From Octopus bimaculoides (Eukaryota), in assembly GCF_001194135.2 (NCBI RefSeq), contig NC_069002.1, positions 30,357,129 to 30,421,128 on the forward strand: a stretch of DNA of 64,000 nt, read 5' to 3'. A model generated the notes under the pieces. The model was given only the letters and a program-made list of their open reading frames with translations. It was not told the DNA's origin and did not search any database. Position 1 is the stretch's first letter, and each line of letters begins with the position of its first letter. This document shows positions 41,832-53,800 of this stretch, piece after piece. The position numbers were made by a program, and so were the translations under genes.

Positions 41832-44800
41832 CAAAGATAGAGAGAGAGATGATAAGTCACAGAAGGTTTAACAAAGAAAGATGAAATATAATAACAATAA
41901 AGAAAATATAAAGATACATAGAAAACACAATGATGATAGTGGATCTGTCCAAATATACAGAAACCTGTAAAACCAAACTTAAGAATATAAGACAAGGATA
42001 CAACAAAGAACTTACTTTAGTAAAGATTTGATTTTATCAAAAGTAATCCAATTCCAGAATTCCTTTAGTCTGTTAAAATGGAGACAGAGTGCCGCCTCGT
42101 GAAGAATGGACAGTTGTAGCTCTAAAAATGGTAAATAAATCATCAGAATTATACACAAAATATATATGAAATGGGCTTCTTTCAGTTTCAGTTTCTGTAA
42201 TCCATTCACAAGGCGTTGGTTGGTCTGGGATCACAAAACAAGATACTTGCATAAGGGGCTGTACAGCATCCATGACCCCAGGACCTTGTGATTGCAGAGA
42301 AAACTTCACTGCTCAGCCAAGCTGACATCTTTATGTTTGTAAGAAACACAAACCATATGTTGTTGGCACTCCGTCGCTTACGGACGTCGAGGGTTCCAGT
42401 TGATCCGATCAACGGAACATCCTGCTCGTGAAATTAACGTGCAAGTGGCTGAGCATTCCACAGACACGTGTACCCTTAACGTAATTCTCGCAGATATTCA
42501 GCATGACACAGTGTGACAAGGCTGGCCCCTTTGAATTACAGGTACAACAGAAACAGGAAGAAAGAGTGAGAGAAAGAGTTGTGGTGGAAGAGTATAGCAG
42601 GGTTCGCCACCATCCCCTGCCGGAGCCTCGTGGAACTTTAGGTGTTTTCGCTCAATAAACACTCACAATGCCCGGCCTGGGAATCGAAACCGCGATCCTA
42701 TGACCGCGAGTTCGCTGCCCTAACCACTGGGCCATTGCGCCTCCACACACAAACCATATAACAGGATCTAAACAAGATTTTGGTGGAGAATCCAGAAGAA
42801 AATAACAAATAATCTCACCTTTGATTGGTGAAGTCTCTTCAGATTCAGTCACTTGGCACCAAAGACCATCAATTGTATGTTGTAGAACACTAAAGTCTGC
42901 ATCAGAACACCTGGAAATAAACATTGTTACAATTATTCGTCATTTAACGGCCATGTTTCCATGTTCTGCATAGATCAGACAGAATCTCTTTGAGGCAGTT
43001 TTTCTGCTGTGGAAGCACATGGCTTAGTGGTTAGGGTGTTGGACACATGATCGTAAGATTGTGGTTTCAATTCCTGGACCGGGTAACACATTGTATTCTT
43101 GAGCAAAACACTTCATTTCACATTGCTCCAGTCCACTCAGCTGGCAAAAATGAGTAATCCTGCGACAGACCAGTGTCCTGTCCAGGTGGGGAATATATAC
43201 GTCATGGAAACCAGGAAACAGGCCCTTGTGAGGCGCCATGACTCAAGAAGGTAACCGTTACCTTGTTGCCTTTAGCTTTTCCACAACTGGATGCCCTTCC
43301 TGTCATCAACCCTTACCTGTAAGATAATACTTCTGCACGGCCAGACATCTTTTCCATATAAGACTGGAAACGAACAACACTTCTGGTATGATGGTGAAAC
43401 TTGTTTACAACCATCACATTATGTCAAAACAAGATAAGAGGACCTAATTAGCTGGGGAGGGGGAGGATCCAAGGAAAGTGTAATTGCTAAAATAGGATGG
43501 AGAAAATTCAGAGAGCTTTTACCTCTGTTAGCAACCAAAAGTCTCTCACCTCAAGTGAAAGGAAGATTTGGGGCACAAGACCCATAATTTTGAGGGGAGG
43601 GGCAAGCTGATTACATCAACCCCAGTATGTAACTGATACCCCATTTTATTGATCCTGAAAGGATGAAAGGCAAAGCTGACCTCTGCAAATTCAGGAGGAG
43701 GGGGCTTGTTAATTATACTGACCACAGTACTTAACTGGTACTCCATTTTATCGACCCCGAAAGGATGAAAGGCAAAGTCAATCTCAGTAGAATTTGAACT
43801 CAGAACATAAAGATGGACAAAAATGCCACTAAGAATTTTGTCTGGTGTTGCTTACAAATCGGATAATTCACCACCTTAAAAATAATAATAATAATGGTTT
43901 CAAATTTTGGCACAAGGCCAGCAAGTTCAGGGGTGGCAGTAAGTCAATTATGTTGATCCCAGAATTCAATTGGTACTTCCTTCATTGACCCCCACCTGCT
44001 AAAAGGACGAAAGGCAAAGTCAAACTTGGTGGAATTGGAACTCAGAGCATAAAGACGGACAAAATGACAATAGAAGTATAGATATTCTATTTACCGAATG
44101 TTTGGAATGCAAACCAAAGCAGCCCACAGTAGAGTTAGTTGATTGATATCTTCAAGATCGTCTGGAGAAAGTAAATCCCATAAATACGCCTGAAAGGTGT
44201 ACTGTTTTTTGGAACCAGCAGACCTTTGGAAAATGGAAAATAAAAAAAGACAAATATTGTTAGAACAGATGGAATTTACGATCAAACTGACAGAATGGCC
44301 TTGGTTGGAACATTGATGGAACAATGAATATTCAGCAGGAAAAAATGTGTGCTTCCTAAGAACGGTGTAATCCTTGTTGAAGTTCCATTCCACAATGTTT
44401 TGTATTTTCCAAACATACCCTTCTAGATGCAGGCATGGCCAAATAGTTAAGACATACACTTCACATCCTGAGGTCTCAAGTTCAATTCTACTGTGTCGCA
44501 TTCTAGGCAAGTGTTTTTACCATAGCCCTGTGTCCCTACAAAGCCTTCTGAGTAAAACTGGGTAGATGGAAACTCCTGTATGGAAAGCCCATCAGATGAG
44601 AATCATTCATGCTACAAGAATTTATATATCTATGCCCTTAATACTGCAAAAATCCTACCCTTAATATTGTAAAAATCCACACCCATAATACTGCAAAAAT
44701 CCATGCTCTTAATACTGCAAAAATCTTGCCCTTAATACTGAGAAAATCCACACCCTTATTACTTCAAAAATCCATGCTCTTAATACTGGAAAAATCCACA

Positions 44801-47786
44801 CCCTCAATACTGTAAAAATCCTACCCTTAGTACTGCAAAAATTTACTGCCCCACATTCTTAACACAGCAAGAATTACTGTACCACACCTTTAACACTTTT
44901 GTCAACCCATTTCAGTTGAAATTCCTTGCCTTTATTTCAACTGATTTTGAAAACGAAGAATTTAACAAAACAACTTTGGCCTTGTAAAAGTTAGTGTTTG
45001 GAACTTAAATTAACAGGAAATTTTTTGATGGAAGGTTTTAATTTAGATTATTTTAAAACAAGAAATTTGTATCATGAATCCAGGAACAGTCTCAGGTTTA
45101 TTGCTACCGAAAGAGATTAATGCTGCTAGAATTTATCACACCAGACCATTAATTTCTCAAGAAATTTATAAACCATGTACAAAGTCAGTTACTTATGAAA
45201 AGAAAAGTTGGAACTAGTTACCGTTTGACAGAGGTGCGGAAATCCATGAAATAACATTTGTGTTGTTCCAGATGACTGGCATCAAAAATGGAAATAGTCT
45301 TGGATGATATTAGCTCTGTTACAAACATAAGGGTTTCTGTATTGGTGCTGTCGAGGGAGTCAGCCATTTTACTTTGAATAAAATCAATCAGAGAAGCTAA
45401 CACAGACTGAAAATAAAGCAGAAAGGATGAATTATTATTATGATTATTATTATTATTGTGTGAGGGCACAAGGCCTAGTGGTTAGGGTGTAGCACACATG
45501 ATTGCGAAATCATGGTTTTAATTCCTTGATCAGGTTCTGTGTTGTGTTCTTCAGCAAAACACTCCATCTCTTGATGATCTGCAATCACTTCAACACCTGA
45601 CATGTGGTACACCTGTTGCACCTGTTCAGGTGACATCGATTTGATGGTGAGAATGAGTTAATGTACAGCACATACATTTGATCACTATAAACATTCTGCC
45701 AGCCAGGGAGCACTGGCCCCAGCTACGATGTTCGTTTCTCTTGACTCAACAGGTCTTCTCAAGCATATCATATCACCTGACACATCAGGGGTATTCTTAA
45801 CAGGGGCCAGACATGCATGGCTGCGATCTCACTTTAGTTGCCAGGTTTTCTCAATTACAGCGGGTCTCCAAAGGTCCCGGTCTCCAGTCATTGCCTCTGT
45901 GAGGCCCAATGTTCAAAGGTCATGCTTCACCACCTTATCCCATGTCTTCCTGGGTTTACTTCCTCTACAGGTTCCTTCTAGCAGTTAGGGAGTGGCACTT
46001 CCTCACACAGCTGTCCTCATCCATATGTAACACATGACCATACCAGTGCAGACGCCTCTCTTGTGCACCACAATTGATGCTTCTTATGCACAACTTTTCT
46101 CTCAGTACACTTACACTCTGTCATGTATGCACACTGACATTACACATCCAGTGGATCATACTAGCTTCATTTCTTTCGAGCCTACACATGTCCTCAGCAT
46201 TCATGGCCCATGTTTCACTGCCATGTAGCATGGCAGTTCGCACACATGTATCATACAGTCTAATTTTCACTCTGAGTGAGAGGCCCTTTGTTACCAGCAG
46301 AGGTAGGAACTCCCTGAATTCTGCCCAGGCTATTCTTACTCTAGTCACTACACTCTCAGAGCAGCCACTCCAACAACAGACTTGGTCGCCTGGGTAGCAG
46401 AAACTATTAACTACTTCTAGTTTTTTTCCCTGGCATGTGATGGAATCAGTTTTCTGTACATCTTCAGTGTTTATTGCCCCAGTGCATCTGCCACACACAA
46501 AAACTATTTTCCTGGTTAACCTTCTTTTGATATTGCTGCATCTTTTATGCATCCATAGCTTACACCGGGTACATTGTATGGAGTTTCTACCCACACCTTT
46601 TCTACAGATTGAGCAGGGTCATCTACCTGAAGGGGGTTGTGATTTGACAGCCTTCCTACTTACTGAGACTTTGGTTTTTGCTAGGTTAACCCGAAGGCCC
46701 TTTGATTCTAGAGACGAGATGGAGAATAAGAAATGGTTGGAGATACTGACCTCTTCAAAAAATGGTTCTGTAAATAATGTCTTTGCAAACGGATAAATTT
46801 GATTTGATGGAAACCTGTGACCAAAACTCTGGAAAAGATTAAAAAAAGGAGAAAAAAAAAATTAAAAAATGAAATTTGATTTTTTTAATTTTTAAATTGA
46901 TATTCTTTTATTTTAATTTTACTTGATCCAGTCATTAGTCTGTGGCCATGCTGGGGCAGTGCCTTGAAGTGTTCTAATCAAACAAATTGGCCCCAGTACT
47001 TATTTCTTTCTAAGACTGATATTTATTCTATTAATCCCTTTTTGCCAGCCTGCTAAGTTACAAGGATGTAAACAAATACCCAGAACCATTACATAAATAT
47101 AATACGTGTGTGTGTGTGTGTGTGTGTTAGTGCAGGCGTGGCTGTATGGTTAAGAAGTCTACTTATCAACCATGTGGCTTCAGGTTCAGTCCCACTGAGT
47201 GGCAACTGGGAGCATGTGTTTTTTACTAGAATCCCAAAGCAATCAGAGCCAAGCCTTGTGAGATGGGGAGATCCAAGTGGAGTTGTTTTACCTGCATTTA
47301 CTCCCACATCTGTAATACCTAAACTCACAAAAGACCAGATGAAGGCCACTACATCACAATGCCTGAAATACTTACTAAATTAATGACTTCGGTAAGAGAG
47401 GACGGTGAGAGCTTTTCGTGGCAACCCTGAAGCAAGCTTGAGACACAGTTGAGGGTATTGGAGAGCAGAACCTCTGGAAGGTCGGGGCTGCTGTTTAGAA
47501 CTGTACAAAGGACCTGCAGGAGAAAATGAAGAAGCATAACAACAACAACAACAACAACAACAGTAGTAATAATGATGGCATCAAATTATGGCACAAGGCC
47601 AGTAATTTCGGGAGAGAGGGCAAGTCTATTACATTAACCCCAGTACTCAACTGGTACCTATTTTATGGACCCTGGAAAAATGAAAGGAGAAGTCGACCTT
47701 GGCAGAATTTGAACTCAGAACATCAAGGCAGATGAAATGCCACTAAGTATTTTGCCTGCCACGCTAACAATTGTCAGCCCACTGCT

Positions 47787-47824
<38 letters not shown>

Positions 47825-50800
47825 TCATATTGAATAAGAGAGACAAATACTGTCAGATCATTGATGTAGCCTTACCAAATGACATGAATGTTGTGAGTAA
47901 ATAGGTTGAAAAAAATCACCAAGTACTCCGAATTGGAAGTGGAAATGGTAAGACTGTAGGGAATGCAAGAGGGTAATGTAAAAGTGATACCAGTGGTGAT
48001 CGGAGCGTTGGGTTCAATCCTATTAAAACTTCAAGACTTTTTAAGGCAACTGGAAATCCCATGCAAGATTGATGTCTTGCAAAAAGCAGCCTTATTGGGC
48101 ACATCTTAAGGAAAGTATTATCTGTCTGAGATCCTTGTTGTGACTTGACAGATGACTAAAGACTCCGATGCATTTTTACCTACACTATGTTACGAAGGAA
48201 TATTAATGATAATATATACCCTGATGCAGTACCAGGCAGTGGCTCTAATGGCTTCTGATCTTAACTGATTGGAAGTGTTATCATTTACATTGTTTTGTCT
48301 TGGTATAAAAGATGGGTTACAGCAAATATTCTGCTCAATACCACAGATTTGTTTGTCAGTTGCTTGACCATAACCAGTTGAGCATGTTCCTTAGTGGTTG
48401 ACGATATGTGCATCTCTGATCACGAGCAGAAGTAGTGGGGGAGCATCATAGCCATGTGTTGAGAGGAATTCTTTGGGGTCTGGCTAATTCATCTATGGAA
48501 ACATGGACGAAACCTTGGCAGCATTTCAACACAGAATGTAAAGATCTGGAAGAAGTGCTGCTAAGCATTTTGGCCAATGCATTAATGATTCTGCCAGCTC
48601 CTCCTTGACCCTGTCACAGCCACTTAACATCCATTTTTTCATGCTAGCATGGGTTGGATTGTTTTTACTGGAACTGGTAAGGCCAGGGGCTCACACCAGG
48701 ATCCATTGTCTGTTCTGGGATAGTTTTTATGGCTGGATGCTCTTCCTAGTGCCAACCACTCCACAGAGTGTACTGGGTGCTTTTTAGCAGCATCAGTACC
48801 AGTATCAACTCTGCTGTGGTGGACGGGTCATCTTCAGTATGCCAGATATCTCGGACCTTAGTTTTCTCCTTACCGTCTGACAATAAGGAATAATAATTCT
48901 TTGTACAAAAGGAACAGGGCCTGAAATTTTAGTGGCAGGAGGCTTCATTACATCAACTCCCAGGATACTTTATTTTATCAGCCACGAAAGGATCAAAAGG
49001 CAATGTCGACCTTGATGGGGTTTGAACTCAGATCATAACGAATCAGAAAAATGCTTCTAATCATTTTGTCTAATGTGCTAACGATTCTGGTAGCATGCTA
49101 CCTTAACAATAATAATTCTTTCTACTGCTGCAGTCATGCCAGTTAGAGTGGAGGGGGGTGTATAGAGGTGGGAACAACCAACTGGATTGAACCTCAGTAT
49201 ATAACTGGTACAGTATTATACTGAACTCCTATGTACACACATGCTTCCCACCAACCCTGAATGCCAAAAGATAAAAAGATTCAACCCTGGATGACAACAT
49301 CTTACATTAGCGCAATAAGGGTGGATTTCGGTGAGGTTTAGAGCACCATCGGGTGGATAGGTCGTTACCGAAAGGGGGTTTACATAAGGAAATGACTTAC
49401 CTCAGCAACTGCGTCTGGGTTATTTACAAGAGATCCACGTTTGAAGTCCAGCCACACTAACAACAGTTCCAATAAGTAGGCTATGGGCTGATGCTGGTCA
49501 CTGTTTTCAATCCACAGTTTCTGGCGTAACTTTACATGAGACTGGAAAATAAATAAACAAACAGAACAGAACAATCAGTGGAGGAGATGACTGTCTCATT
49601 CTTTAAAATATCTATTTTATCTTTTACTTGTTTCTGTCGTTAGACTGTGGCCATGCTGGGGCACCACCTTCTGAAATTTTAGTAAAATAAATCAACCCCA
49701 GTACTTATTTTTTTAAAAAAAACCTGGTACTTATTCTATCAGTATCTTTTACCGTACTGCTAAGTTTCAGATATTTTTTCTGAATCTCCCTGATTCTTTT
49801 AATGTGCTTGTTCCCTGGTATTAAATTGATATTAATTAATATCCAATTTTTTACCCTACTGTTTTAATTTAATTAACCATAACCACGTTCTCAAAGTTGG
49901 TATATTCGATGCGGAAACCATTTTCTGCACAGATATTTCCGGATTTAGCGCACCAAAACGAAGACTTTTGAATCTTACCATAAATATAATTAACAGAACC
50001 GTGTGCACATTCTTCATTCGTGGAGAACAACGAGTATACGATTCTGAGAATTATATTGATTTGGCAGTCCGTACTGATGAGAAACAGATATTTTCGGTAA
50101 GGGAATATTAATTTCGAAACTAGTTTGCAGGTAACTTTGTATGTATTTATGTAATTTTCACTTGTCTTGGCCGTATACGTTTTGTTACTTCGCTAAATTT
50201 CCTTTGAGAACAATTCAGTCTTAGTAGACGCATTACATGTGATCTTCTAGCACATTAACAGTCCACCCAGCATGGCCACAGTCTAATGATTGAAACAAAT
50301 AAAATAAAAGATGTATGTGTGTGTGTCTGTCAACCCTAGCATCCTAACACTGGTGGCCCCACGTCTAGCTACTCTAGTTTTGTGACTTGTATCTCTTTCA
50401 GATGGCTGGACACTCTCCTACCATCTTGACCATCTGCAATCTCTGCTACAGATACTAACCACTGCTACCGTAAATAAAGAAACTGAACACACAAACCAAA
50501 TATGACAAAGACAGACAATTCTATGACTTACCAAAAGTATTGGCCAAAGTGGATCCAAATGGTTGGCTCCAGATACGTGCTCTGACATTGCAGACATCGT
50601 GTGAGAAATACAAGCTTTAGCTTTGATAAATATTGGAGACTCAGAGGAGTCACTGCTCGTAGAATGTGGACCGATTCTTCTTAGAATCAGTGGAAATATC
50701 TGGAAATAGTAAAAGAGATATTATGGTAAAAACAAGGAATTCCAAGACAAAAGAATTGCCATATTTCATGACATACAAGACGTAATCTTTATTCCACAAA

Positions 50801-53800
50801 AGTCTCAACATATTACCCTGGGTCATCTATATGAAGTTGAGTCTCCCATAAGTTTTTTTTTTTTGTTTTTTCTTACGTGTTTTATTGCTGTGAGGATGTA
50901 GGATATCTTCCACTATCATGAATACTTACTTTATGTTCAGCTGTAACTGTTAATTTATTTTTTTTATATGCAGTACAGGTTGGCATTAGGAAGGGCATCC
51001 AGTCGTAGAAACCCAGCCAAATCTGACAGGAACCTGGTACAGCCTTCCTGCTTACCAGTTCCAGTTAAACCATCTAACCCATGCCAGTATGGAAAGTGGA
51101 CATTAAATGATGATGATGATGATGAGTAATGTTTAACCCTTTCATTACAGTATTTATTTTGAGATGCTGTGTGTTTCTTTCAATTAATTTAAAATATAAC
51201 AAAGAATTTAGTAAAATAACTTAGTTATCATTAAGCTAGTGTTAGGAACATAAATTGTGACTAAGGTTTGGTGGAAGATTTTAATTCAAAACTTTTGAAA
51301 ACAAGACATTTATACTACAGAGCCAGATCCGGTTTCAGGCAGGTTGGTATCGAAAGAGTTAAGAATTGTTTCTCTATTGTATATTTCAACCCTTTTGTTA
51401 CCGTATTTCTGTTGAGATGCTCTGTGTTTCTTTCAATTAATTTTAAATATAACAAAGAATTTAGTAAAATAACTTAGTTATCATTCAGCTAGTGTTGAGA
51501 ACATAAATTGTGACTAAGGTTTGGTGGAAGATTTTAATTCAGAACTTACGAAAACGAGACATTAGTACTATAGCGCCAGAGGCGGTTTCAGCCAGGTTGG
51601 TATCGAAAGGGTTAATAGGGTCCAGGGTAAATAGCAGAAGACTGGGGAATGGATAACTGCCTCCACTTCAACAGTTCATGAAAGAACTAGCAACTGAGTA
51701 TTATGAACTATGGAAACAGTCGTCTATAACACTGTGTTCCCACTGGCTTCAGCAGTGGTGATTAGTACCTATATATAGCAGCAAGCTAGACACAACTGAA
51801 CTGCACCAGAAAGTTGACACTTAATCTTACTTTTAAAGGTACTTTTGTAATGTACAGTTAGATTGCTTTAAGTACAGTACCAGACCAAAATATCTGACAG
51901 GCTTAGGATCAGAAGTGGCCCACATTTCTGGTTTTCTGGAGACGGTTGAAATATATACCTTTAATCTTTTATCTGTCATTAGACTGCGGCCATGCTGGGG
52001 GCACCACTTTGAATTTTTAGTTGAATGAATCGAACCCTGTGCTTATTTATAAAGCCTGATACTTATTCTATCAGTCTCTTTTGTCAAACTGCTAAGTTAG
52101 AGGGATGTAAACACACCAACATTGGTTGTCAAACAGTGGTGGAGGAGAAACACAGACACAAAGACACACATATACAACAGGCTTCTTTCAGTTTCCATCT
52201 ACCAAATTCACTTACGAGGCTTTGGTTGGCCTGAGGGTTATACTAGAAGACACTTGCCCAAGGTGCCAGGCAATGGAACTGAACCCAGAATTATGTAGTC
52301 AGGAAGCAAGCTTCTTACCACACAGCCATGCCTGTACTTTTACTTACAATATAAAATAAAAATAAAGAGCAAAGCTATATTTAACAGACAGATTCAAATT
52401 ATTACACTTCGAAAGCAGAGTTTGTTTGATATCTATCAATCCATTTAAAACTCTTAAAATATATCATACAATACCCTGTACACAGTTTATAAGGACGTTT
52501 ATTATAAGATGAAAATTAAAAGAAGAAAAATGAAGGCCATGATTCTATTTAATACATACAGGTACAAATTGCTACAATTCTAATGCAGGGTATGTTTAAC
52601 TTTTATCAATCCCCTTAGAAAAATAAATAAAACTATTTTAACACAACATGAAGTATATTTGCCACTTAAATGTGGCTAAACTCTAAGGGTGAATGTTACA
52701 ATGTTACTGTTGCTTTTAGCTCCAGGAGAACATCTCCTCCAGCTGGCTGTTCTCCTGGGGCTAAAAGCAACAGTAACATTCACCCTTAGGGTTTAGCCAC
52801 ATTTAAGTGGCAAATATACTTCACGTTGTCATGCAGTTACTGTTTATACCTCATTCAGAGATTTAACATTTTATTTTAACACATTATATGCAAATTAACC
52901 AGCTTCAAAAATGGGGTCTGTTTATTCAATATAGGGTACAGTATATTGCACAGTATTCTAGGATTTCTGGAAGCCAGATAACAGGTCTGGTACTGTATGC
53001 ATAGCAATCAAAGGAAACCAAAATAATGAATGAAATAAATGAAGTCTCACCGTTTCTGCACAAGAGTGCATATGTTGTTGCACACCTTTCATCACTTCAA
53101 ACAACAAACGTCCAATTCCAAGAATGTACTGTGAGAAGAAGAAAATAATAATAACTGGAAGTGTTATCATGTACATTGTTTTGTCTTGGTATAAAAGATA
53201 GGCTACAGCAAATATTCTGCTCAATACCACAGATTTGCTTCTCAGTTGTTTGACCTTACCCAGCTGAGCATGTCCCTTGGTGGCTGACGATATGTGCATC
53301 TCTGATCATGAGCAGAAGTAGTGGGGGAGCATCATAGCCATGTGTTGAGAGGAATTCTTTAGACTTTGAATGATTCACCTCTGGAAACAGGGGTGTTTCG
53401 TTCAATATCCTTAAACAATCCTTATTCAAGGACCTTTTGAGCAGGATGGGGTATTCAACTTCAAGAACATTCTTGAAGTGTCTTGCTCAAGGACACAATG
53501 CACTGCCAGGAATTGAACTCACGACCTTATCATCATGAGCCAAATAATCTAACCACTAAGCTACACGCCCCCCCCCCNNNNNNNNNNNNNNNNNNNNNNN
53601 NNNNNNNNNNNNNNNNNNNNNNNNNNNNNNNNNNNNNNNNNNNNNNNNNNNNNNNNNNNNNNNNNNNNNNNNNNNNNNNNNNNNNNNNNNNNNNNNNNNN
53701 NNNNNNNNNNNNNNNNNNNNNNNNNNNNNNNNNNNNNNNNNNNNNNNNNNNNNNNNNNNNNNNNNNNNNNNNNNNNNNNNNNNNNNNNNNNNNNNNNNNN

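Noticed and set aside
53270-53340. CTGACGA...GAAG in repeat family F as a hammerhead
   Set aside because: GAAG not GAAA, weak stem II, no cleavage triplet
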